A DNA stretch of 64,000 nt from a virus, in IMG/VR virus record IMGVR_UViG_3300032309_001546, positions 32,001 through 96,000 of that record. One strand, 5' to 3'. Below the pieces are notes generated by a model that saw only the letters and a list, made by a program, of their open reading frames with translations, ran no database searches and was not told where the DNA came from. The translations under genes were made by a program, and so were the position numbers. Below, piece by piece: positions 29,474 to 39,067 of the stretch (position 1 is the first letter of the stretch; every line of letters begins with the position of its first letter).

Positions 29474-29989
29474 TTACTTTCCAGTAGTTGTAAATCGGAA
29501 AGTGGAAGAATTAATGCTAGAAAGATCAGTGAGAAAGGACTCGGCGTAACGACGAGAAATCTCCTTACGCTCATTCTGAGTCCAGACACTAGCAGTGCTA
29601 GGTGAGATACCAGCGAGTGCAGCAGCCACACGGGTTGAATACTTAGTAGACACAGCATGGACTAGTGAACGATGCATAGGATGCACCTTGCCAGTGCGAG
29701 TACGGTACTCACGGGCCTGTACAAGCGTCGTAATGATATTGTCAAAACGACCATCAGTCTTGTTGCGATTGCGAACTAGATTGGTAAGCGCGGTAGTTGA
29801 GATCTTGAGATCTCGGCTAACCTGAGTAGTTGAAATGCCACAGGAACGACCAATGTCTCTTGCACGAATTGCAAAAGTGCTGTTGTTAGTCGTATTGTAA
29901 GTGTCGATATTGCGCCAGTAAGCCGTAATATTGTACTCAGAAGTGGGACGAATATTAGACTGAGTATCTGAATTATTTGTATTTGACAT
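29474..29989 (-). CDS. basic protein with probable HTH repeats
   Basis: GISTTQVSRDLKISTTAL and AAALAGISPSTASVW. Confidence 0.6.
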   Translation of the reverse strand: MSNTNNSDTQSNIRPTSEYNITAYWRNIDTYNTTNNSTFAIRARDIGRSCGISTTQVSRDLKISTTALTNLVRNRNKTDGRFDNIITTLVQAREYRTRTGKVHPMHRSLVHAVSTKYSTRVAAALAGISPSTASVWTQNERKEISRRYAESFLTDLSSINSSTFRFTTTGK

Positions 29990-30003
29990 TTAACATCCTT
30001 GTG

Positions 30004-30639
30004 TTAAGTAGGTAAAGTAGCAATATTAGACAATAATTGCAATGATTCAAAATTTGTTTGCAAGTCAAACTTCTCAGCAGACTTCTTAAAACTAACCAAA
30101 ACGTCTTCGATATTCTCTTCAGCAAAGAATTCTGCGTTCCTTTTCCTATAAATGTAAGGAGTCAGAGGACTGTATTCGCTGAATACAAAAGAATAGTTGA
30201 ACATATTTTGATTAATAATGGTTTGATAATTGATAAATCTACCGTCAAGATAAAAAAGTTTACTATACCCAGTAGACTCAACTAAAAGTTTATTATCTGT
30301 AATAGCTTGTATCGTTATAAGATAGGTATAAAGATCTAAATCAACCAATTGATATTGCACTCTTGTGGAGAAAGTATCATCAGGTAACTGACAGTAACTT
30401 TCAGGACAAGCAAGAATTGCAAAATCTTTAGAGATAGATTGGCGAAAACGTTTATATGTCTGATTGACAACAGGAGTAAGCCCTATATCTTCTAGAGTAC
30501 CTGTCTCAAGGAACACAGTATCCGGAGGTCTAGGCTTTAAGCCAAATACGCCTAAAAAATTACCTGCTGGCCGCGCCTTATACATAACTTTGCCAATGTC
30601 AGACTTGCGAATAGCAGCAACAATCTTTTCAATTTGCAT
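30004..30639 (-). CDS. hypothetical protein
   Basis: ORF with GAGGA RBS. Confidence 0.65.
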   Translation of the reverse strand: MQIEKIVAAIRKSDIGKVMYKARPAGNFLGVFGLKPRPPDTVFLETGTLEDIGLTPVVNQTYKRFRQSISKDFAILACPESYCQLPDDTFSTRVQYQLVDLDLYTYLITIQAITDNKLLVESTGYSKLFYLDGRFINYQTIINQNMFNYSFVFSEYSPLTPYIYRKRNAEFFAEENIEDVLVSFKKSAEKFDLQTNFESLQLLSNIATLPT

Positions 30640-30640
30640 T

Positions 30641-31225
30641 TTATTCCTCTAAGTGTTTAGTCGCCTTATTCAATTCGTCTAAACTAGACAAATCAAAAAC
30701 AAAACGTTTAAACATTTTAGTCTTTTTAAAGTTTTTATCTAAAGTTAATATTTTATATTTGCATATGCTATGCTTTTTACTAAGATCAAGAACAATATTC
30801 CTTATAGAATCATAAGTTGCATCGTCTCCATATTTAATATAGTAGACGGTGTTTTCCTCCTCTATAAGGAATACGTTCTTTTTTCTAAAACTCTCGCTTG
30901 GATAAAAGACTATATTATGACCTAATTTAGCATGCAAATAAAAGAATATAGCTAATGTCATTATGGACCCCTCGCTTATGTGGGGACGCTCTGAGGGATT
31001 TTTTGTATATTCTTCTATAGCTGCATAACTATTTAAATCATAATAGTATTTATCTAAGTCTAAAGTATTTAGAGTTTCTGGAAAAGTAATATCTCTAGGA
31101 TCAACTAAAAGTGTATCACTGAAATAATCAGTAATATCTAATACTTGAGTATAGAACCATATTACTATTTGCCAGATAATCTGATCATTAGTCAAGCTGG
31201 GCGTATCTATCTTGCTGACGCTCAA
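30641..31225 (-). CDS. hypothetical protein
   Basis: ORF; start uncertain. Confidence 0.6.
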   Translation of the reverse strand: MSVSKIDTPSLTNDQIIWQIVIWFYTQVLDITDYFSDTLLVDPRDITFPETLNTLDLDKYYYDLNSYAAIEEYTKNPSERPHISEGSIMTLAIFFYLHAKLGHNIVFYPSESFRKKNVFLIEEENTVYYIKYGDDATYDSIRNIVLDLSKKHSICKYKILTLDKNFKKTKMFKRFVFDLSSLDELNKATKHLEE

Positions 31226-31733
31226 ACTGTCTCCTAAGTCTATAATGATTCTTCATATAAGCATATCCACGCTTACCACAATTAATGCCTTGATTATAAT
31301 GGCAAGGCCAGTCTTTATGATAACGCTTCTCTAGATGTCTATATGTATTTATAAACTCTTTAGTTCCACTATATGGATTCTTAAGAAGTTTACAAGTCTC
31401 ATCATATTCCATTTCACGCAATTCTTTATTAGGTAGCCATTTAGGTATCTGTTGATACAGACCGCATTCCCCAGAGTAGCCTATTGCCTCTTTAGTAAAT
31501 CTGCTTTCTTGGTATGCGACGGCTAGAACAATTGCTTTTTCTTCCTTGGATAATTCTTTCTCAATTGAAGTTTTTTCAATTGCATCCGAGATTAAGTATT
31601 TATCTGAATCAGAGATGTATTCATATTTATCCAAGATCCGATATGTGTCTGTTGCCTTTATTGCATCATACTCAATGAAATTTTTCATTGGTGTGATCCA
31701 AAATGACAGCAACATTAGTATTTTCGTAAGCAT
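31188..31733 (-). CDS. lytic transglycosylase (SLT) with signal anchor
   Basis: AVAYQESRF, GLYQ, HYNQG. Confidence 0.8.
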   Translation of the reverse strand: MLTKILMLLSFWITPMKNFIEYDAIKATDTYRILDKYEYISDSDKYLISDAIEKTSIEKELSKEEKAIVLAVAYQESRFTKEAIGYSGECGLYQQIPKWLPNKELREMEYDETCKLLKNPYSGTKEFINTYRHLEKRYHKDWPCHYNQGINCGKRGYAYMKNHYRLRRQFERQQDRYAQLD

Positions 31734-31745
31734 TTTCTCCTTGTA

Positions 31746-32141
31746 TTACAATGCGCTAAACAATCCTCCTCCGTTAGAATAGATTACCTTTTTCAAAGGG
31801 TACCAGCTAATGAGCTCTTCGCAGAGCGCACAAGGCTTACTATTCTTAAGTTCAAGAGTGTTAGGTTGAACCCTAACTACATACAGGCTAGCGCCACTAA
31901 GGTCGCTAGTAGGGAATCCATGTAAACATGTCATCTCAGCGTGCATTGTATCTCTTAAACTATTCGGGAAGTTATGCTTTAGGAAGGGTGAACCTTTGAC
32001 CGTGTTAAAACCGGTACTAATGATTGTACCACCCTTAATTAGAACTGCGCCATGGCAGAACCTCTCATAACTGGATCGTCTAGCTTGTTTAATAGCAACT
32101 CGAATATATCCTAGTTCTTTCTTACTCAGGTTATACTCCAT
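31746..32141 (-). CDS. zinc-dependent CMP/dCMP-type deaminase
   Basis: HGAVL, HAE, KPCALC. Confidence 0.85.
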   Translation of the reverse strand: MEYNLSKKELGYIRVAIKQARRSSYERFCHGAVLIKGGTIISTGFNTVKGSPFLKHNFPNSLRDTMHAEMTCLHGFPTSDLSGASLYVVRVQPNTLELKNSKPCALCEELISWYPLKKVIYSNGGGLFSAL

Positions 32142-32152
32142 AAATTATTTCC

Positions 32153-33301
32153 TTATTCGTAGTCTCTTAATGCTTTCGCATATGGAAACCTAGGTACCCC
32201 ATCAGGGGTTAGATTGAAATATTGAATAGTTACCTGCTTACCTATAAGTGAATCCTTGTTCTCCCATAGTCTTACAAGATACTCATGAGGGCCCATAATA
32301 TTACTATTAAAGTGGCGACCATCTGACATGACCAGGGTAAATGCCCCAGCCATGCCAGACTTGTTCCCCTCGCCCTCAACAACACCAACAATTTCATATT
32401 CGCTATCGATAAACTTCTTAAGCTTTAGAAGATTCTTACTTCGCTTATTTTCATAAGCAGTATTTCTTCTAAGCATAAGACCCTCATATCCTTCCTTAAG
32501 ATATGCAGTAAGCTTAGCCTGGACTTCTTCCTGGCTGTTTACAGTGTGCGTTTCAACTGTTGTGACATATTTCATGTCGATCAGTTTCATACCAAACGTA
32601 TTGTATTGCTTAAAAAACTTAAGACGATCAATGAAGTTACCATCTACCATGTTGTCGTAGCACCAGAACTGAATATACTTCTTGCTTTCAGCAAGTTGCG
32701 CATCATCAATCTTCTGGCGCTTAACAAGTTCTACAATCCTATTAAAGTTATCTTTAAATTCATGATTGTAAAGTTCACCATCTAGCTGGACATCCGGGCA
32801 CTTCTCAAAGAATGACTCAAGAGCTGAGTTAATATGAGGGCATGAAACAATCTTTTCATTGTTTCTAGTCCACATACCATCCTTATTGATCCTGCATCGA
32901 ATGCCATCGAGCTTAGGTTGAGTATAAGCGGGCCAAGTAATGTCATCTGCATAGTCATCGTAATTCTTAGCGAGCATTACCTGATAGGGTAAAGCCTCAT
33001 CTACATTATCGACAGTCTCAGTATAACCCTTCTTGATCTGTTTATCCCACTTAGCTTTTGCTTCCTTTGCAGCTTGGTCAGCTGCAGTAGTCGCATTCTT
33101 CTTGCCAACATTCATTGGCTCACAAACAGTAGGCTTACTGGTAGTCTTAACACCATCAATATGCCCACTGGTTGTATAAAATGAACCATTACCTAAAACG
33201 GCAATGGTCCATTCCTCAATCTTATTGCCATTTACTTTCTTATAAAGTGTAGGTAAAAAGTAATTAGTTACAACATCATCAACAGTTTCTAGCTCTGCCA
33301 T
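32153..33301 (-). CDS. ATP-dependent DNA ligase
   Basis: MLAK, QPKLDGIR, LDGELY, YEGLMLR, LLKLK, VPRFP. Confidence 0.92.
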   Translation of the reverse strand: MAELETVDDVVTNYFLPTLYKKVNGNKIEEWTIAVLGNGSFYTTSGHIDGVKTTSKPTVCEPMNVGKKNATTAADQAAKEAKAKWDKQIKKGYTETVDNVDEALPYQVMLAKNYDDYADDITWPAYTQPKLDGIRCRINKDGMWTRNNEKIVSCPHINSALESFFEKCPDVQLDGELYNHEFKDNFNRIVELVKRQKIDDAQLAESKKYIQFWCYDNMVDGNFIDRLKFFKQYNTFGMKLIDMKYVTTVETHTVNSQEEVQAKLTAYLKEGYEGLMLRRNTAYENKRSKNLLKLKKFIDSEYEIVGVVEGEGNKSGMAGAFTLVMSDGRHFNSNIMGPHEYLVRLWENKDSLIGKQVTIQYFNLTPDGVPRFPYAKALRDYE

Positions 33302-34350
33302 GCAAAGTAGTCCTCCCAATTAACAAATTCTGGATGATCAGAGAAAATAACATCTTCCTCAAGAAGATTAGAGCATTCGCCCTCGATGATCTCTGCAATA
33401 GTAGTCTGCATTTCTTTGAGTGTCTTGCATGTAACAAGCTCGTCGCGAAAGCGGAACTTAAATGGGTTACCTTCTTCTATCTTAGTTAGAATGTCACCTT
33501 TATTAAGTACAACGCAGGTGACGCCAGACAGGCGAATCGCAGCAATCATCTTATCAAGATTAAGATAATTAACAATTCTTTGACGTCCGGTTGTAATACC
33601 TTGTTCCTTGCCAATTCTGCCAATCTCAGCAAGAACTGGATCCTGCATTAAACTAACAGGAAACATAGGATCTGCCCCACTCTTAGTGTCGTACATCTTA
33701 CCAATGCCAATAATGCGAGTAATATCCATAGGCGAGAAGCCAAGTGAACAAGCATTATAAGGCAAAGTAGAACTACTAGTAACGTAAGGATAAGATCCAT
33801 GATCGATGTCTAGCCAGACACTCTGCGCGCCTTCTGCAAGGATAGAACCAAAAAGTTTCTCATCCCAGATCCACTTGGGATCAAGAACTTCAGCTGCACG
33901 AATTCCTTTACGCAACATCTTATCTGAGTAGCACGGAGCAATACCTTGCCCTGTAGTCCCAAGATGCGAAAGATAATTAGTGTCATAGCTAATGTGATCT
34001 TGAGTAATTACATGAGCCTTAGGTGAAACCTTAACAAGACTCGTATCAAATCTATTAACTTCTAGATAAGCAATCTCTGCCATGAACTTGCTAATATTGA
34101 TTACACAAGCAGGGCCGATAATGCTAGGAACACCGTGGAATACACCACTAGGGATAAGATGAGTCTTGTACTGCTTACCATCCAAGTAAACAGTATGACC
34201 TGCATTAGGGCCGCCGTTAAAGCGACAGACAAAGTCATAGTGTTGGTAATTAACCAATGAACTAACGACCTTGCCCTTGCCCTCGTCACCCCAAGCAAGC
34301 CCAACAACAACATCTACTGTATCAATCTCACGAGAATTAGCAAACTGCAT
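33289..34350 (-). CDS. purA: adenylosuccinate synthetase (short form)
   Basis: WGDEGKGK, GGPNAGHT, EGAQ, YPYVTSS, TTGRQR, NKGD. Confidence 0.9.
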   Translation of the reverse strand: MQFANSREIDTVDVVVGLAWGDEGKGKVVSSLVNYQHYDFVCRFNGGPNAGHTVYLDGKQYKTHLIPSGVFHGVPSIIGPACVINISKFMAEIAYLEVNRFDTSLVKVSPKAHVITQDHISYDTNYLSHLGTTGQGIAPCYSDKMLRKGIRAAEVLDPKWIWDEKLFGSILAEGAQSVWLDIDHGSYPYVTSSSTLPYNACSLGFSPMDITRIIGIGKMYDTKSGADPMFPVSLMQDPVLAEIGRIGKEQGITTGRQRIVNYLNLDKMIAAIRLSGVTCVVLNKGDILTKIEEGNPFKFRFRDELVTCKTLKEMQTTIAEIIEGECSNLLEEDVIFSDHPEFVNWEDYFAWQS

Positions 34351-34358
34351 AAATTTCC

Positions 34359-35417
34359 TTAAAAGGCATAGCGAACTTCACACCAGGGAATAAATTTCTT
34401 AATACCAGCAGAGAAAGCTTTAACATTGTCACCTTTAAGTCCATACTGATAGCATAGGACATCAGGCTTATTAGCTTTAGTTTGCTGGATTTCAGGAGTC
34501 CAAAGAAATTCTTCACCCTTAGGATTCCATTGCATGTTAATATCATGCAGATCAGTACTGTGAGTTAGAAAAATAACCTCAGATTTCATCTGAAGCTTGG
34601 CTCTGTCTGTTAGCTTACTATCCATAAGTTGCCATAGCTCAATCCAATCTTTCTTCCATTGCTTATCTCCATACATAATGACAGGAGAAAAGTTAGCATG
34701 AACCTCATAGCCTGCCTCAACAAGTTCGTTCATTGCATCAATACGATCTTCGATTGGAGAAGTTCTAATGTCAACATATTTAGACACTGCCTGAGGCATC
34801 AAACTGTAACGAATTCTAGTTCTGCTCTTAGGATTAAACTTTAAGAACGGATCAATATTAACAGTTTTAGTTGCAAAAGTCAACTTACCATGCTTAGTAC
34901 TCTTGATAGCTTCCATTAGTACAAATGGATTGTCACTAATCATTGCATCAATGCTGACGTCATTGTTATTGCCAATGTCATAGATCCAATATTCAGGATC
35001 ACACTGATTAGATTCGGGCTTAGGACCAAGCTCATTGCAGTGATCTACAATGCTTTCAGCAACCTTCTCACTATTAAGAAATACTGTCAAAGGATTACTG
35101 CCGCCCTTGCGCCGAGCAACATAGCAATACTGGCATGCACTTAAGCAGCCATTACTATGAGATGGAGCAATGAAGTCAGAGCTTCTACCGTTGACTGTAC
35201 TTGCAAGAATCTTAAGCTTACCAAGAACCAAGATGTGCTTCTTAGCCTTAATCCAATCAACAGGATCCATATCTACTAGATCTGGAATTTTCCAATGACT
35301 AGCAACTTTTTTAACCTGAGCATCAGGAAATCTATTTAGAATAGAATCAAGTCTGCTTTGCTCAGACTGTGAATAGTTATTATTCTCTACATAGATAGTC
35401 TTAAAGTCCAACTTCAA
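34359..35417 (-). CDS. spore photoproduct lyase-family radical SAM protein
   Basis: NGRSSDFIAPS..GCLSACQYCYVARRKG, FATK, RYSLMP, NFSPVI. Confidence 0.85.
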   Translation of the reverse strand: MKLDFKTIYVENNNYSQSEQSRLDSILNRFPDAQVKKVASHWKIPDLVDMDPVDWIKAKKHILVLGKLKILASTVNGRSSDFIAPSHSNGCLSACQYCYVARRKGGSNPLTVFLNSEKVAESIVDHCNELGPKPESNQCDPEYWIYDIGNNNDVSIDAMISDNPFVLMEAIKSTKHGKLTFATKTVNIDPFLKFNPKSRTRIRYSLMPQAVSKYVDIRTSPIEDRIDAMNELVEAGYEVHANFSPVIMYGDKQWKKDWIELWQLMDSKLTDRAKLQMKSEVIFLTHSTDLHDINMQWNPKGEEFLWTPEIQQTKANKPDVLCYQYGLKGDNVKAFSAGIKKFIPWCEVRYAF

Positions 35418-35420
35418 GGT

Positions 35421-36053
35421 TTACTCCACGGTTGTGAACTCTGTCATGTAATGATCGCTTGTCTGCATAGCACGCAGATCTTCGACGGAATAAATATTCA
35501 TGTCAATCAAATAGCCAGGGTTGTTACGAATTCGGTTGCTAACCCAAGCAGAATCAATCCAGATACAACGATTGTTTGGATAAGCAAAATAGTTGCCATC
35601 TCTTCCTGCGAAGAAATGAGCGCATTTATGCTCTGGAGTCTCTGAGAAGTTGACGTCTAGAGCGCCGGCTTTGTTCTCCCAAGACCAGTCTAAAGTAAAT
35701 AGGTACTTACCTGTACGTCTAATGCCAGTAGGGCCAACAAGCTCTGCTGAGAGTCCTGCTAGCCGTGCTCTAACCTGCACATCAATGTAGGGTGAGAAGC
35801 AATCCCAGTAAACATGCTCTGTCAAAGGCAAGATTGGTGCATCCTTCTTCCAGCAAAAAGCTGTAATAGGACGACGAGTCCAATTTACCCCATTGTCGAG
35901 AAAGGCTTCAAACAGCGGAACCCGCTTTTCAATAGAAGCTACTGAGTGCACGTCACAGGGAGTAAACTCTCCATGACCCTTAGTATGATTGAACAAGTAC
36001 TCATTTCGAATTAGACAAGTAACTGTAGGGATATTATGGTTTAGATAAGACAT
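35421..36053 (-). CDS. conserved phage hypothetical protein
   Basis: MSYLNHNIP, WDCFS, YLFTLDW, EHKCAH, YPNNR. Confidence 0.75.
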   Translation of the reverse strand: MSYLNHNIPTVTCLIRNEYLFNHTKGHGEFTPCDVHSVASIEKRVPLFEAFLDNGVNWTRRPITAFCWKKDAPILPLTEHVYWDCFSPYIDVQVRARLAGLSAELVGPTGIRRTGKYLFTLDWSWENKAGALDVNFSETPEHKCAHFFAGRDGNYFAYPNNRCIWIDSAWVSNRIRNNPGYLIDMNIYSVEDLRAMQTSDHYMTEFTTVE

Positions 36054-36061
36054 TTTAAACC

Positions 36062-36427
36062 TTAGGGAGCGCCTTCTAATGCATCAATAAGAGCTAATCC
36101 TTCAAGAGGATAGCCCCAAGCATTGCAAGCTCTACCCTTAACCTCCCATCTGGGAATCGCGTAAATATCTCCTGCTGCCTTGCCTTCAGCAAGACGAACA
36201 TAAATACTATCGTCATTGTAGGCTTTGCGAACAAGACTGAGTAGACATCCTACTGTTGCAGGATCGTTGAAGTCTGGAAGCCCACCAGGTAGATCTTCAT
36301 AGTCTCCGTCAGGAATACGAATATAAGATTTAGTCTCAGGGAAATAGACCCGCATACCTCCGGTCCATTTCCAGTGCTTAGACTCAATAGCTTTCTCAAG
36401 TAAACCTCGAACTGCAATTACATTCAT
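36062..36427 (-). CDS. hypothetical protein, PDxxDPATxGCLL family
   Basis: Paralog of 36598..36993. Confidence 0.75.
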   Translation of the reverse strand: MNVIAVRGLLEKAIESKHWKWTGGMRVYFPETKSYIRIPDGDYEDLPGGLPDFNDPATVGCLLSLVRKAYNDDSIYVRLAEGKAAGDIYAIPRWEVKGRACNAWGYPLEGLALIDALEGAP

Positions 36428-36597
36428 TAGTATTCCTCTCCATCACCAGAAGGTGGCTCAAGATCATAACAATCATTAACACCAGCAACACCATGAAGCA
36501 TTGCTGTTTCCCAATAAGTTTCACTCTCTTCTAGATCATAATGTTCCATAAAAGTCTCCAGTTATTATTTAGATCTTTAATACAGAGTAATAGATAT

Positions 36598-36993
36598 TTA
36601 TGGCGCGACCTCTAGTGCGGCAACAAGAGCTTCTGCTTCGCTGGGGCCAACCCATTCACTAGAAAACGAGACGCCCATGCAACGCCACTTGTCACGAAAA
36701 GGCGAGTAAGCCTCAACAAATATCCTAGGGTCACGATGCGCATCTCGCACGAGAGCTAGTAAGCAACCAAGCGTAGCAGGATCTGAAAGATCTGGAATTG
36801 TATCTTGAGTTACCTGTGTTAGATAATTAAGGTAGCTTTGATAACCTAGAACATATCCATCAGAATCAATGCGAATAACACGTTGATTACTACTAGTAGA
36901 CATGCCAATTTTCCATTGCCAATGTTTACAAGCAATAGCCCGCTGGCCTAACTTATCAAAATAATCTAAGAGTTCATTTAGTTCATCTTTCAT
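36598..36993 (-). CDS. hypothetical protein, PDxxDPATxGCLL family
   Basis: Start MKDELN; longer track ORF runs into tRNA-Tyr. Confidence 0.75.
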   Translation of the reverse strand: MKDELNELLDYFDKLGQRAIACKHWQWKIGMSTSSNQRVIRIDSDGYVLGYQSYLNYLTQVTQDTIPDLSDPATLGCLLALVRDAHRDPRIFVEAYSPFRDKWRCMGVSFSSEWVGPSEAEALVAALEVAP

Positions 36994-37030
36994 TCTAGTA
37001 GAATCTCCAGTGATAAAGTAAATAAATAAG

Positions 37031-37112
37031 TGGGAGTAGATGGACTCGAACCAACGTAGACCGAAGTCGGGGGATTTACAGTCCCCTGCAATTGCCACTA
37101 TGCGATACTCCC
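37031..37112 (-). tRNA. tRNA-Tyr(GTA)
   Basis: GGGAGTA/TACTCCC acceptor, GGGGA-CTGTAAA-TCCCC, long variable arm. Confidence 0.92.
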
Positions 37113-37264
37113 AATATAAGTGCTCAGGACGGGACTTGAACCCGTAATTCCAAGGAAGGCAGATTTTCTTACCACTATAGTTTTCACTACCAGCATATGC
37201 CGTTTGTGGTCTGGACTATACCTTTACCATAGTATTTCTACATTAGGTAACAACCGTCTAGTCT

Positions 37265-37702
37265 CTACACTTTCCTTAAATGGTTTGCTTTTCTCCAAGA
37301 GTCTGTCATAGAATGACAGTTTGGACAAAGCAACTGCAAGTTTTCTTCTACATTATTTGTCCTATCTCCATCAATGTGATGTATTTCCAATTTTATCTGT
37401 TCAGAAAGCCATTCTGAAAGATTACATTGTTCGCATTGATGAGTACGCTTTTTTATTAAATGAGGTTTTAGATTAGCAGCTTTAGAATAAGAACTCCAGT
37501 CTTTCAACTGTTGATCTTTATTCCAACCCTTGCCAGTAAAGTGAGAGGTGTCACACAATAGTCTTTGGATGTTCCGTTGGACATTTGCGTAATTACCTCC
37601 AGCTTGCTTTAGCCCAAGAACTTTAAGTACTTGGGAAATGCTTTTACTAGCCTTAACAGCATCTATTATTTGCTGATCTGTATAATCTTTATATTTTCTC
37701 AT
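37265..37702 (-). CDS. HNH homing endonuclease (intron-encoded)
   Basis: CEQC...LEIHHIDGDRTNN..NLQLLCPNCH. Confidence 0.9.
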   Translation of the reverse strand: MRKYKDYTDQQIIDAVKASKSISQVLKVLGLKQAGGNYANVQRNIQRLLCDTSHFTGKGWNKDQQLKDWSSYSKAANLKPHLIKKRTHQCEQCNLSEWLSEQIKLEIHHIDGDRTNNVEENLQLLCPNCHSMTDSWRKANHLRKV

Positions 37703-37708
37703 AGTAAT

Positions 37709-37717
37709 ATTATAGCA
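37709..37717 (-). promoter_or_regulatory. extended -10 promoter inside intron
   Basis: TGCTATAAT 6 nt upstream of HNH ATG, no RBS. Confidence 0.6.
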
Positions 37718-37897
37718 TAGGTAATGGAGAATAAACTGTGCGTTTGCCATTTAAGGCTTAGCTCGGTATTAGCATGCTAGTAAACTAGTTTAGCCTTCAC
37801 CGAATTTGATTGTGTTCACCTATAAGGTTTCCCCTATAGGGCTCAAATTTTCTATAAGTCTGCTGCGTATGCCGATTTCGCCACCTGAGCAAAGGCA

Positions 37898-39067
37898 TTA
37901 CGCCACAAGTTCTTTATACTTGTCACGCAATGCAAAATAAGCTAAGTCTTTAGCCTTAGCCTCGACCTCAAGATCGAGATCAAAAGGTGCATAAAGTAAA
38001 TTGTCAGAAATCTCATTTACATAATCATGATGAGATCTGTCATATTCATGATCTCGACCTTTTGAAATATGCAGTAATGGTTTGTATGCTTTAGAGCGCC
38101 ACCAATGAAAATCAAATGAACTTACAGGCTTAATAGACATTTGATAATTAGCATTATTAATTTCTGAAGGATGATCAATTACAAACTGAATATGCTTACT
38201 ATAATTAGTACGAGTTTTCCATGTTTCATGGCATGCTTCAAGCGCTTCAGTTAATGGCTCGCCTTCGTTATTAATTTTCCAATGATGCACATCTAGAGTG
38301 ATGGGCATACCAGGAAAATGTTTAATAAGTTCTTGCCATGTCCAGCAACCCTTGTCCTCGGTCTCAAAAACAATACGCTTAAAAGCATTAGGATAGTGCT
38401 TTAGTACCTGCAAAAGCATGACATTAACATTATTTGCAGTTATAGCTGGATTATCAGCGCCTCTACTAACGTGAATGTTAAGTGGACAAGAGTAATCAGC
38501 TGGGGCACCAATCCAGTCAAGAAACATTGCATGGGCAATAAGTTCTGCTCTAGATGAGTTCTGCACTACAGGTGATCCACCAAGACTAACAAACTCTGGA
38601 GGATGCATAGTCAAGCGACCACCTCCATCCAGATATTTCTGAACAGTCTTTCTTAGTTGAAGCTCAAGGCCATTAAAAGCTCCATCAAATCTACCTTTGA
38701 TCATAGAGTTAAAAACTTTACATGGTCTAATCCAATAATTAAAATTTTTATAGGTAAATTCTAGACTCTGTCCATAACTCCAGAATGGAAATAAATTACT
38801 GCTAATGCGATACAACTTGATATTGTTCTGAATGTTATAGTCTAGAACAGCAATCAATTCCTTAATATTATGAACATAGATATTAAAGAGAACTTTAGCG
38901 CCAATCTCCATATGGTCATAGTGCGCATACCAGTCATCAAGATGACGCCAACTGCCGTCAAATTGAACTGGCTCAAAGTTAAGAGTCTTGATCTTCTTAA
39001 GAGTAATAGTTTTAAAGTTAGTTTTATGTGTTCCTAGGCTATTACAACAGTAACCAAGTGTAATCAT
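37898..39067 (-). CDS. uvsE: UV damage endonuclease
   Basis: LGYCC, LYRISSNLFP, RLTMHP, NIHV, FETED, TLDVHH, LLHIS, HHDY, EAKAKD. Confidence 0.88.
   Translation of the reverse strand: MITLGYCCNSLGTHKTNFKTITLKKIKTLNFEPVQFDGSWRHLDDWYAHYDHMEIGAKVLFNIYVHNIKELIAVLDYNIQNNIKLYRISSNLFPFWSYGQSLEFTYKNFNYWIRPCKVFNSMIKGRFDGAFNGLELQLRKTVQKYLDGGGRLTMHPPEFVSLGGSPVVQNSSRAELIAHAMFLDWIGAPADYSCPLNIHVSRGADNPAITANNVNVMLLQVLKHYPNAFKRIVFETEDKGCWTWQELIKHFPGMPITLDVHHWKINNEGEPLTEALEACHETWKTRTNYSKHIQFVIDHPSEINNANYQMSIKPVSSFDFHWWRSKAYKPLLHISKGRDHEYDRSHHDYVNEISDNLLYAPFDLDLEVEAKAKDLAYFALRDKYKELVA

Larger units (their letters stand above)
37168..37855 (-). mobile_element. group I (IC3-like) self-splicing intron, 688 nt, with HNH ORF in P6
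   Basis: P1 CUU/GAG with U-G at splice site, P2, P3 ACAAUC/GGUUGU, P4 UUCGGU/ACCGAG, P6a CCUUAAAUGG/CCAUUUAAGG, P7 GACUA/UAGUC, P8, P9 GAAA, terminal G. Confidence 0.92.
37121..37890 (-). tRNA. tRNA-Leu(TAA), intron-containing; exons 37890-37856 and 37167-37121
   Basis: Joined exons give GCTCAGG..GCAGA-CTT^AAAA-TCTGC..ACGGG-TTCAAGT-CCCGT-CCTGAGC-A. Confidence 0.92.

Noticed and set aside
33289-34350. PurZ (2-aminoadenine Z-genome) gene
   Set aside because: Keeps the PurA catalytic Asp in GDEGKG and the TTGR motif; PurZ has Ser there; no datZ/mazZ seen in the window
37120-37311. ORFs over tRNAs (37120..37311, 39640..39852, 5' parts of 36598..37098 and 56924..57358)
   Set aside because: They overlap clear tRNA or intron structures
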